From the NCBI GenBank assembly GCA_009602725.1, contig WELB01000002.1, forward strand, positions 1,470,180 through 1,534,179: a DNA stretch of 64,000 bases, written 5' to 3'. Made by a program: the position numbers and the translations under genes. Positions within the stretch are counted from its first letter, which is position 1. Each line of letters starts with the position of its first letter. This DNA comes from Spirogloea muscicola. Taxonomy: Eukaryota. Of this stretch, positions 24,553-46,161 are shown piece by piece. Below the pieces are notes generated by a model. That model did not search any database. It was not told the origin of the DNA and was given only the letters and a program-made list of their open reading frames with translations.

Positions 24553-25179
24553 AGGAATGCGTGTATATTAAGAGATGGGGAGGCCATGTGTGGCCAAGTA
24601 CAAAGGCAAGCATATTGGACAAATGTACGTCACCTGCTGCTAAGCTGACCCGCTCAGTAACCACGAGTCAGCACATAGAGGTCGCTAGCTGACGCTCGAA
24701 TACCGGACGGCAATTGACTAGCTCTTGTGCCAGCAGCTAAGGCTCGACCAGCTTTCTGATGCAGAGCATACGCCTGAGCTCGTTGCAGACAGGTTGACAC
24801 TCGACGTCGCAGAAATGACAGATAGGCTGCCGGCATACCCATCTGGGCTGGGAGCATATCCTCGCGTCGTGCATATCCCAGACTCGCTATGTTCTCGAGT
24901 AGGGTATGGAAGCGAGGACCCAAGCAGCCGAAAGTGTCGATTGCGGCCGGGAGGAGGTGGTCACTGCGGGGGTAGTCTGAGTAGTGTCGGAGCTTTTTCT
25001 GCTCAGCACCTCCCACTGCGTGGCCAGCAATGTGTGTGGAAGCGGAACTCTTGTATGCCTCAGTCACCACCAAATCAACCAAAGCTCGTGGGCCTCCGCC
25101 AGGTTGTACACCCACAATGTCCAGGGTGCGACGGTGATGGCCTCCCTGGGAATCCGTGGTGATGGGCATTACATTGCTC
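24553..25179 (-). mobile_element. REL-endonuclease C-terminal fragment plus 3' UTR of a non-LTR retrotransposon
   Basis: RTLDIVG..ALVDLVVTE..AEQKKLRHY..PAAIDTFGCLG..RRRVSTCLQRAQA, a PD-(D/E)xK-type REL domain closely similar to 62154-62987. Confidence 0.88.
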
Positions 25180-25519
25180 ACTAGAGGGGGTGGGTGTGGT
25201 TGAGAGAAGCCGCGCGGGGCGCATGAAATGAAAGGGAGGCCAATGCAAGCCAATACATTGTTCAGGCAGAGTCTAGTGCAAACTAAACAAGGCTGCAAAA
25301 TACGGAGACCTAAATTAAGGTGCCTAAAGTTGAGAAGAGCATGGCCTCTAGCTATATGATTTTAGAGCCTTTCGCATCGCCCCTCTGCCCACTGGTTACT
25401 GAGCGGGTCAGCTTAGCAGCAGGTGACGTACATTTGTCAACGTGCTTGCCTTGGTACTTGGCCACACAGGCCCTCCATCTCTTAGTACACACTCACTTCC
25501 CTTTCCCTTGGTGTTCAGC

Positions 25520-26030
25520 ATTGCCCACTGAAGTAGGCAATGCTGAACACAGGAAGCTGCAGCATTGCTTCGATTACCCCCAATGCGATCAGCTTTTGCC
25601 AGCTGCAGTCGATATCTTTGGCTGTTTAGGTCCTCGGTTCCACTCTCGCCTTCAGACCAATCTAGACTATGCACGTTGTGCAGATAAGCTTCCGACAGAG
25701 GTGGGCTTGCCAGCTGCATATCTGTCATTCTTGCGACGACGAGTGTCGGCCTTTTTTGAGCGTGCTCAAGCTCACGCTTTGCACCAGAAAGCTGGGCGAG
25801 CGTTAGTTGGTGGCAGAAGGGCTTCGACTCTGCCACCTGGTATTCTCGCATCGATTAGCGAACTTCATGTATTGACCCGTGCTTACTGAGCGGGTCAATC
25901 TGCAGTGGGCGATGTACGTCATAAGATCTGCTTACCTTCGCACTTGGCCATTTTGGCCTTCGTTTGTGTCAATTACACTTTCCTTAGGACCGCGTCCATT
26001 CTTTCTGGACTGGCCTTTCGCAGCGCTCGC
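25520..26030 (+). mobile_element. Inverted, degenerate copy of the same retrotransposon ORF end and 3' UTR
   Basis: VGNAEHRKLQHCFDYPQCDQLLPAAVDIFGCLGPRF...RRRVSAFFERAQAHALHQKAGRAL...SELHVLTRAY*. Confidence 0.85.
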
Positions 26031-29000
26031 CCCCTCTACTTATTCTGATCTGCACTTGCTGACTAGAGGTCATTGAGCGCCCTCATGCAGAAGTCATGAA
26101 GTATCCTGCCTTTTGTGCCTTCCGGCCCTTGTGCATTACTTTGGGCTGGCCTCTCACAGCCATTGCCTTACATTTGAGGAGCTATTTCTTGGAAAGAGCT
26201 AACTATCAGGTGACACGGTCTGTTGGCGCTTGACCTTGACGTTTACCATTGTGACGACGCACGAAGAAAGAGCTCTTTCCATGTAATGTGAGGCAGTGGC
26301 TGTGAGGCCAGCCCAAGAGAGAAACTTCTTTATGGAGAGATCACTCTTCCACAGTAAGTGATAATCCTTCATGACACTTGCTCGTAGTAATGTGTTTCGC
26401 CCTTTTCAGCCCCTTCGGACCAGTCAACTTTTGGGGCTGACTTTTACAGCCCTCGCCCCGTTGAAAGAAACGACAGAAAAGAAAGTGGTGGCTTCGCCAA
26501 ACCTGAACAGCCAGCCAATATTTGAAGAACAGCGCTTCCAAATTGACTGGTGGCTGAGAGAAGCCAGCCCAAAAGATTTGACAAGGTCTAGAAAAGAGGT
26601 GACAAGGTCCGAAGGGGTCGAGAAGCGATCTCTCAAAGCTATCCCGGTAGGATGGATACTCAGTAACCTCTAGTTTGGATGAACTCACTTCTTGAGTAAG
26701 GCAATGGCTGCGAAGTAATGCAATGGCTGCGAGAAGCCTGCCCAAAGGAAAAGCAAAGAAGGAAGGGCCGGAGGAAGTGCGCAACTCGCCTCATTAACAA
26801 TCCGGCTTAGCATGACTTAGACAAGCTTGTGTTGCACGCTAAGGTAGGCCAGGTCGGCTTCAACAACGCTCTTCCAATGCAAGGCAGTGGCGGGAAGAAG
26901 TGGCACTTCCAATGGGGGCAAAAAGAGAGAGCGCGGCCAGATTGACTGGTGGCTGGGAAAGGCCAGCCCAAAGGAATGGACAAGGTCTGAAGAAAGTGCT
27001 CGCGTTCTTTGTTCATTCGCCCATAGAAAAAGGAGGGGGCAAGAAAGAAGTGACACACCCAGTGGGGGCAAGGGCTGCGAAAGAAGAAGTGGAACTCCCA
27101 ATGGGGGCAAGGGCTGCGAAAAGCCAGCCCAAAAGAATGGACAAGGTCCAAAGAGCCAAGGCTTCCAACATGGACAGGTTACTTCCCGACAAGGCTTTCG
27201 CACACGACAAGCGGGCGCGCCAGGAGCATCGCGCCGTACCACCAGCAGGTGCTGCGAGAGGGGTTGCCGACAGAAGTAGCGGGGGCTTTCCCGTCCACAA
27301 GCCCCACAAGTGGGGGGGGGGGCTGCTTCTGGACGGGGGTACCCACGGACCTTGTCTCAACTTCGTGGCGTCGCGACTGAAAGACGGCGACGACGTCAGC
27401 ATTTGGCGGGGACGTACGGGCCGTGCGAGCGGAGGTTGAGATAAGGCGGTTGCTTGAGACAAGCTTTTCCTAGAGAAGAGAAGAAATTGCTCGCCCTTTC
27501 TTCTGAGAAGAGAGAAAAGCGCGGCCGAATTGAAGAGGGAGAGGCCAGCCCTAAAAGAATGGACAATATCCAAAGAGAGGAGAGAGAAGGCGCGCGGGGC
27601 GCATGAATTGAAAGGGAGGCCAATTCAAGCCAATACATTGTTCAGGCAGAGTCGAGTGCAGACTAAACAATGCTACATAATACGGAGACCTAATCTAAGG
27701 TACCTAAGATGACATTAGTACCCACGGGTGAGCACAAACAAATCTGACAAGCTAACTTGGGGAGCTGGAGCGCCGCCACGAAAGTAAGAGGAGAGTGTGA
27801 GAGAAGGCCGCGCCCCCTACGAAGAGCGAGCTTCTGACTTTTCACAGCCTCACCCCCCCCTTCAGATGAGCTTATTCCTTAAAAGGAGAGAAGGCGCGCG
27901 GTGCGCATGAGGTGAAAGGGAGGCCAAATCAAGCCTATCCACTGTTCAACTAGTGCAGAGAAAATAGCTAGTGCAAAGAATGGGGCTAAGGTAATAGAGC
28001 GACAGGCAGCTGAAGGGGGACGTCAGTACCCACGAGTGAGCACCAGACATACCGACAGGCTTCACTTCAGGAGCAGAGCACGGCAAGGAGTGCAGAGAGA
28101 GAAGGCGCGCGGTGCGCATGACATGACATGGTGGCCATTGGAAGCCAATGCACTGTTCAGGCAAAAGCTAGTGCAATGGGTGGGGCTTCACAAACCGAAG
28201 CCCTATGCTAAGGTGGTTTAAGGAAACAGTGTGACGATAGTACCCACGAGTGAGCACATGCAACACAACAGGCCAACTCGGGGAGAGGCGGTGGCTGTGG
28301 GAGGCAGCCCAAGAGGAAGTGACAAAGGGAGAACGGAAGGGGAGATCCCAGTCGATTGGGGTGGGAATTGAGCTCTTCCAAAGGGGGCAGGGGGCTGTGA
28401 AAAGCCAGCCCAGAAAAATGAACAAGGTCCAACGGGCCAAAAAGCGCCAAAACCACACAGTTATGCAAGAGACTTCAGCGAATGGTAGCTTAGTGACCCC
28501 GAGTCAGCAGCCGCAAGTTGGAGAAATTTGCAGCTTGGAAAAGAGGAAGAGAAGAAAGGTGCGCCGCGCGCATCAGGATGACAGGGAGGCCAAATCGAGC
28601 CTGACGAAAGGTCTGGTAACGGGGCAATAAATTGGCTAATGGGGCCTCTAACACCCACGAGTGAGCACATCCATATCCGACAAGCGTAGCCGCCATAAAG
28701 AGAGAGACCCGACGAGATCCAGAGTAGCAGCCAAAGCGCGGCCTGCCCGCAAGTGCACTGCATGAGCCAGGGACAAAGGAAACAGCTTCCCAGTTTACGG
28801 GAATGGCTGTGAGAGGCCAAGCCGTAAGAGAAAGACTGTACAAGGACTGAATGGGCCGGATGGCGCAACAAACAGGTTACTACTCTTTAAGACGTCAGCA
28901 AGAGAAGCTCAATAATCTCTGGTCAGCAAGTGCAAGTGCCCTCAGAATATGAAAAGCGTCGCCCTAACGGAACCCGGACGCAGCAGCCAAGGCGCGACCT

Positions 29001-29220
29001 GCACGCAAGTGGACGGCAGTTCGACAAAGGACCGCTGCAGGGATACTGCAAGCAGCATCCTGTACCTTGAGCAAGCGACCCGACGGCATTGAAGCCGGGC
29101 TGCTCTGCTGACCTTGGCAAAAGAGGGAGGCAAAGAAGACGTGGCTCTCCCAGTGGGGGTAAGGGCTGTGATAAGCCCGCCCGAACCAAGAATTGACCAG
29201 GTTCGAAGGTCCCTCTCTCT

Positions 29221-29337
29221 CTTGAATTGGCCTCCCTTTCAATTCATGCGCCCCGCGCGCCTTCTCTCTTGGCCACTTTCTTGGCAAAAGAGAGAAGGCG
29301 CGCGGGGCGCATGAATTGAAAGGGAGGCCAATTCAAG
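29221..29337. repeat. Perfect 50-bp inverted repeat (tail-to-tail retro 3' ends), 17-bp spacer
   Basis: 29221-29270 is the exact reverse complement of 29288-29337. Confidence 0.95.
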
Positions 29338-30137
29338 CCAAGGGAACGGAAGGGGACGGAAGGGGAAGGCCCAGTCGATTGAAGAAGTGGCACTCCCAAT
29401 GGGGGCAAGGGCTGCGAAAAGACAGCCCAAAAAGAATTGACAAAGGTTCGGAGGGGCCTGCAAGCGTGTAGCAGGCCCAGTCGATTGGGGTGGGAGGGGG
29501 AGCATGGAGGTGGGGTCACGAGGCCACCGGGGCCGCACGTGGTGTAGGGGGGCCCCTGGGCGAACGACGGCCCCAATGGGCCGGCGAGGAGCGGGGCGGG
29601 CGAGGGGGGCCGCCAGCCGGGAGCCAGGCCACGGCGGCGCGGCGCGCCCAGTCGGGGCGCTTGACGGGGCGGGCCCATTGGGCGCGCCGTTTCCCCCCCC
29701 ACTGGGTGCCCCCCCCGCTCCGGCTCTGCCGCCNCTCCTCGGCCGCCGCCGCCGCCGTCGCGGCCGCGGCGGGTCCTGCATTCCCGCGCGGCGCTCCTCC
29801 GCCGCGGTGTCTCCTCGCCGCGCTCCGCTGCCCCGGCCGCCCGCCGCGGGGCCTCATTCCCGCCGCCCTCGCCATTGACGCCCTGCAGCTGGCCGGCGAT
29901 CGGCTGCTGGGGCGGCTGATGCTCTGGCCCGCCGGGCTGAAGAGTCCGCCGCCGTCAGCGGGCTTCCTGGCGGGACTGGCAAGGCTAGAAAAGGTCGGCA
30001 GGGAGCGGAACAGCCGCCGAGAATGTGGCAGGCCTGCCGAGTGCGTTAGGCACCTCAGAGCACTGGGCGCGGCAGCAGCGGCGCGGCAGATGAGAGGAGG
30101 AGGCAGTCCAGCGCCGCCGTGGCCATGAGATGGTGAG

Positions 30138-39960
<9,823 letters not shown>

Positions 39961-40987
39961 CGCCCGCCCTTATTCTGATTCAGATAGGAGCTGCCATTGC
40001 ACGGGATGCAAGTCTGGCTACTCAACACACCCAGTTGCCGGGGGCTGCACCATTGCCGCCCCCCGAGCACCGAGCCTGCGCAGCCGTTTGGCCCCTGGCC
40101 TTGTACAATGTCACGTGCAGGAGCTGGTGCTTTTACTAGCCGGCACTGACGCGGGGCCAGTGGCCTAACTGCACGCCATTACCGAAAGAAGCTGTCACAG
40201 CTGCTGCCAACTGGAATCTGCTCGCATGCTGCTCCACCAGGTACCTCTGTAGGTTATGCAGTCGCTCCAGTTGCTCCTCATGCATGCTGTATGGGCTGGG
40301 GTTGGGAGCGCACGGTATTGTTATATAGTTGAGCGCGCCTGCGCAAACATGCACAGCCCGCTTGCCAGCCTCCAGCTTGCACAGGAAGGGTGCGCAAGAA
40401 GCTAAGCTCATGCAGGAGCTTTGACAAAATTACTACGCCAAAGGCGTACTTCGTTCAAAAATTCTCCCGATAAAGGTGGGCACAGCTAGTCGGAAAACTG
40501 CCTCCTGCAATTTCTAGCAACTCAAATCCGTCTCGCTAATGCAAGCTACATGTAAGAGGGTCAGCATCCAGAGGACATGCATTTGGCCAGGTAAGCCTCA
40601 GCCGCCCTTCTGCTGAGGCAGTTTAGTAAGCTCTTCCTTTGTGGGACGACCCTTCCTCAGCACACACTTCAAGCTGAGGCAGATCCCCGAGGAGTGGAGG
40701 AGGAGGGCGGGTGCATGGCTCCATGAGGGTCAACACAGCAAAATGGACTGCGCCACATAGGTGCTCAGCATCTTGGCAGGGCGAAGACCCAAGCACCTGG
40801 GGGCAGAGCCTGCGCCGCAGGCTCCCAGTTTGCCTGCCCACGATGATGCAACAGGTTGAAGCCTGGGATGCACACGTGTGCTGAGCAGCCAGACACCTCC
40901 TGCTGCAGCCCGCCGTGCTGCAGGCTCCCAATTCGCCTTCCCACGATGATGCACCAGGTTCAAGCCTGGGATACATGTGTGTGCCTA

Positions 40988-43900
40988 TTAGCCAGAAACC
41001 TCCTCCTGCTGCAGCTGCCGGTCTGGCGGAGACGAGCTCCCCCTGCAGCTGCGGTCTGGCCCAAAATACGAGTCCACTATTGACAGCTGGTCGAATGCCT
41101 TGAAGTCCGCCCGGATCCCCGAGAGGCTTGAATTCCCACCACTGCCCACCTTGTGTCTACATGCACGTCCTTGCCTGCAGGTAGCATGACTATCGATTTA
41201 GCTCTTCATCAAGCGAGACGAGACAGCCTGACCGCTATTAAGGCGGACGAGACTATGTCCTCCTTAATCAACATGGACACCCACGTTCATCAAATTGACA
41301 GGGATTTATCAGTTCGCATGCATCACAAGAATATACATATAACTCTATCTATAAATGTGAACTAGCAGGCCTCTGGCAACCCTGATGCACAGTCATGCCA
41401 ACCTGCAAGAAGCTCTTCGGCACGAAGCTCCTCGGCAGCGGTCAGCCTCTGCTGTTAGTGACACTGAGACTGCAAATTCCTCTGGAAAGTCAGCATCCTT
41501 CCACATATCCAAGCGTCTCTCATCCTTGTCAGCTTCTCCAACTTTGGACAGTGCACCGGAAGGCAGCTGGCAATGTCCTCCTAATGCTGCACAAGAAGAG
41601 GCATGTTGACCTGTGCCATAAGTACGAGCACAACCGCGCAACAGCCGTCCTGGCACTAAGCCTTTTGGGCACCTATATGTCAGCTATATAAGTCCCACTA
41701 TAGTAGGGGCGGCAGGCGCCATCGCTAGATGATTGTGTGTGGCGATTCGAACCAACAAATTTACGGTGTTAATACAAGGATACCCATGCCACCAAAAGTC
41801 ATATGTTACCTTGCAGGCCCCTCTGCAAGCTGGCGCACTCCTGCTGGGCACGAGCTGAGACAACCTTCGTGGCCTCATGTGCCAAGCACTCCCTTTCCAG
41901 CCTCTCCCGGAGAGTAGACGCTGATGCCTCAAGTTCTCTACATCGTTCTTCCATGGTCCTCTTGGCCTGTGAACGAATGTGTCAAGTGTTAGGCCTAGCT
42001 TATATGTAGCTTAGATCAACACATGAGCAAGTAGCAATACCTGATCTCATGAAGCCCGACAATAGCCTTATATCTTGAACCTTGCAATAGTTATGAAACA
42101 GAGGGGGGGTGCTCACTGCCTCTGTTGAGAGCATCCGTTGGCAGAGAAGGTCTGATGTACTGCTAAGAGGTCCATAAGGGAGCACTGGTTGAGCTCCAAA
42201 CTCAACAGGCAATGCCCATCTGAGGTAAAACTGGGGCCAGAGGAGGGGAGCCAGGGCTGCAACTGGCGGCAAGAGCACATCTCTATGTACATTCGGGTCG
42301 TACAGTACATTGACATGTGGATGAGGGCTTTGGGCATCTCTCCCTCTGCCTGCTCGCTTCCTTGATAAGCCTTGCCACATGCTGCTGCACTGACTCCACA
42401 CAGCCCCTTGTCGACGTTCCTTCTCGCTGCAAAGACCGTGCAAAAGGAACAATCGTGTAAGCAGGTGACACAAAGCTAGGCCACTCAAGGAAGCCTAGAA
42501 TACCCTTTTCCTGCCTGCATCAGCAATAGCAGCACCTCTGACGAGTACATACCAGCTATGCTAGTCCACTGACTGCATGCAGGGGAAGAAGGACACGGTC
42601 TTGCCTGTTGCAGAGGAAATCGCCGTGCCGGCAGGCATGTACTTCATCTGCGAGGTCCACAAGGAACGTCGAAGTGTATTCAAAGGCCTCTGGGAAAATG
42701 CGCAACAGCTGTGACACACAGTCCAACCATTGCAGAAATATGGGACCCTGGTTGAGCACACTGGGGCCGCCACCTCCACTTCCCCCGCCAATGTTTCCGC
42801 TTGCTGATGGCATGCCTCTGACAGGCGTGGATGCGGATGTCGATAAAGAGCTCAAACTGTCCACCAACATGCTACTGCTCCCAAGGGAGAATGCGGAAGG
42901 TGACGGCGAAGAGGGCTGGCAGTAGCTCATGCCCATGCGCTCGGCGAAGGGGTGGCCAAAAGCTAGCCAGTCCTTCTCTACCAGAGCCTGAAAGCCTGCA
43001 CATGCATTCCCCAAAAGCAATGAATGTGATGCTCTCATTGATTCTAAGTTCCTGTTGGACTCTGTATTTGGACATTTGTATCGTAGCTTCCAATGATCAG
43101 ACTGAGACTAAGATCCTGCAAAACTTCTACTAAGAAATTGCAGACAAGTCGCTCTTGTAATACCTCGGAATGTGCGGTAGTATGGATCCAGAAGCAGGTT
43201 GCTCAGAGACACAAGCTGAGCCGTCCTATCCCACCCATCGCTGCAGTGCACTAGAACTGACGTCTCGTCCACAGCAATTCGTGCCGCTATCCATGCAGCT
43301 CCAGCCAGCAGGGCATGGACATGCTGCAGCCAACCAGAATCAGCAAGTGCAGCAGCTGCTACAGCTGTGCTGCTGGTGTTCCCCCCGGTCCAACCGCCCC
43401 CTGTTCCCTGGCTGCGGAGGAGCGAAGAAGAGCCATCCGATGAGCAAGCGCCATGTACATCGAGATACTCACGAAGACGCTGAAAGCTCTCTCGCATAAT
43501 GTGGATGTTCTCTATGCCAAGGAATACAACCTGCATGGAAGCAGGTACGCTGAAGTTAGCCACTGTAGGGAGTAAGACTTGGACGACAAGTGCCAACATA
43601 TCTTAAGCAAACAACACCTAAGGGGACTTGAGGCTGCTTTACTGGCGAACCTTAACTCACAAGTACATCATACTAAAAGCCGGGACAAGCGCTACCTCTG
43701 AGTGCCGGTAATTAGCAGCAGGCTCAGATCCACCGCCCATGGCTCCGTTAGCCAATGCATTCTTTCGCGGCCGAGCATCTGCAATGTATAGCTTCCTGCC
43801 GCTGTCGCTGAGAGCAGCCACGAGCTTCTCATCTGCTTCATTTCTGCTGCTCAACATGATTCCAACCAAAGGCTGTGCGGACCTGCAGAGGGTGGCACCA

Positions 43901-45675
43901 TTGACAGGGTGGCGCCAGCTGACAGCAGGTAACCTGCCCCTCGCACGGAATGCCGAGGCGGCCAGCAAATCCTCATCTGTGATTCCTGGTGGGACTAGTA
44001 AGAGGGAGGGATAGGTTGGGCATATGCTGTAGCTTGCATTTCCCTTGCTAATTCGCCAACCTTCACTCCGGCCTGATTTGCTTGGGAGGAGGCTCGCTAC
44101 ACTCTGCCTTTGCATGGTAACTCCCTCAACTCTGCTCTGCAAAAGATCCCGTATGAGGTGTGGCTCTGACTCACTAAGGTTTCTCGTCATACTGCATGTG
44201 CTTGCCACAGTGCAGCTATCAAGTATCCGGAGGTACTCTGCCCTCAAGTTTGCTACAACATCCTGGCCCTGAATATGCACAGTATCAAGCTGCTCAGGCT
44301 TATCCAGGGACCTGGCATCAGCCTTGCCAAGAAAGTCTGTGTCCTGAAAAGGCTGCACCTCATCTCCAAGTTGATCCCTGACTACAACAAAAGACTGTGA
44401 CGCCCTTTCAGCCGCTCCAACAGCAAATGCATGCAAGTCAAGCAGGCGAAGGGGTCGCATGAGTTGCAGCAGAGCGTCGTGTATGAGTCTTCGCTGCCTT
44501 GTTCTTGGCCGGAAGGCAAATAAGAGTGTTCGCACATCCTTTCCTGCACGTTGACAACAGATGATGTGTCCAAAGACATGTTACACGAAATTATTGGTCA
44601 CGAAGTAACAGAACAGACACTCTGCATCAACAGATTGACCTCAACAGCAAATGTGATTGCTGCGAAGCTTTCCTTGGCAAGGGAACAAAACAAACTTGTT
44701 GAGAAGTAAGTACTACTGACCTATCACTTGCAGGAGCCGGAGGCCTGGCACTCGCTCCATGGGACGTGACCAGCCAGCAGATGAGGCCCTGCCTGATTGC
44801 TATACCAGCATCATGCAACAAACCAACACTTTCAGCCCATGTGCAGCAAGGCAGGCAAGGCTGCAGTGTTGTACATGCGTACGTGCTCACTTAGACGCCT
44901 CACCGCACTATCCACATTCGGCTGCTAAATGCATAACGGATTGAGGTGCTATCACGATGTCGTGAGCAAGGATGAAGCTTCGAGCAAGGACTCGGAATCT
45001 TGTCTGGTCAAGCCTTTCCCGTGGTCCGAGCCAAAAAGGAAGCAGTGCTCACTTATATAGGGTGAAAAACGTACCAGCTTGCACATTCTGTCGATGGCGC
45101 ATATCGGAATAGTGCCGAGGCTGAGTGGCTGAGCCTTGCCCTCACAGAGAAAGAGCAGGCGGAAGTTGGTCACCAGGAGAGAGCCAGTAATGTCACAGTT
45201 GACGAGCACCACATGCTGCAGCAAGTGCAGGCGCGTGCATCAGGCGCGTGTTGCACATTCATCGCGGACTGAAGCTCCGCTTGCTGCTGAAGGAATGAGG
45301 AGCACTAGAGTGTGCAGGATAGTAGCCAAGCTGTACCAAGCCACTGCCCCTGACTGTAGTCTCTATGCCGAACCCTTACAGACCCTGCCAACGCAATCCG
45401 TCCAGCTCTGGTCCAATGTTGACGGGGAATAGTGGCGCACAAGTCTGCTGAGCTCGGCTGCCAGCACACCGCATCTTGGACTCAAGTTGCCACTTGTAAC
45501 GGCAACACTGGACCATTGTCAGCGGGCCGTGCAGGGGCTTCACCTGAACCTCGGCGACGATCTGCTCAGCGGGTAGCAGAGCTTGCTCAGCGGCCGCACT
45601 GAACGGGCGCGCCTCCACGTACGTCCACTTGCCGCCAAGGCCGCTGCCGTCAAGCGTCACGCCCTCCATCGACAT
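40988..45675 (-). CDS. MTM1: Myotubularin phosphatidylinositol-3-phosphatase (multi-exon)
   Basis: GRAM-like LLVTNFRLLF, ICPTYPSLLLVP, FRARGRLP, IADARPRKNALAN, catalytic VHCSDGWDRTAQL, LVEKDWLAFGHPF, PIFLQWLDCVSQL and plant-type C-terminal IRADFKAFDQLSIVDSYF. TAA at 40988-40990. Confidence 0.95.
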
Positions 45676-46161
45676 GGCCTCGCGGACTCTAGCTGCCTCG
45701 GAAGCAGCGGGCTCCGAGCCAGCTCGTTGGCGCCGCAGCCGCTCGAGCCTCGCAGCGCCTCACGCGACGGTGGCGCGCGCGGCGCATCTCGCCAGCAGCG
45801 GCGGCGGCCGAGGGGCGGCAGAGCGCCGGAGGGCGGAGCGCCGGAGGTGGAGGATTCGGGGGGCGACCGGTGGGAATGGCACGGGGCAGCTTGCCGCGCT
45901 GCAGGCCGTGGGAAGATTCCTGCTAGTTAACATATTCTCTCCGCTGAACACTTCCACTGATGAGTGGATGCCAATTGGGTCCAAGCTCGCCAGCGGCGGC
46001 ATGGGGCGGCCGGCCCCGCTACCGCAGAAGGGGGGCCGGCTGTCAGAGCGCGGCCCCAAAGTCGCCGCCTCGCTCCACCGGAAGCGCCCCTCTCCAGCCG
46101 CGGCCGCACAGCAGAAATCCGCCCAGTTGCATATTCCACGCTTGGGCGGGCGGCCGCCGCC

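Larger units (their letters stand above)
24009..29460. mobile_element. Dense array of more than 20 truncated 3' ends from several subfamilies of a REL (CRE-like) non-LTR retrotransposon
   Basis: Variants of the ORF terminus S[DEN]L.[VL]L[TS]RG[YHC]* occur near 24654, 25889, 26076, 27715, 28023, 28238, 28490 and 28649. Terminal motifs GGGCTGGC..CAGCC or GCGCCCCGCGCGCC followed by (CT/TTC)n tails recur throughout. Confidence 0.88.

Noticed and set aside
24009..29460. CRISPR-like array
   Set aside because: Repeats vary in length, sequence and spacing, derive from a retrotransposon ORF end and UTR, and there are no cas genes in this eukaryotic context.
40136..40976. Short minus-strand ORFs as extra myotubularin exons
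   Set aside because: The homologous C-terminal motif ends with TAA at 40988, so these lie in UTR or intergenic sequence.
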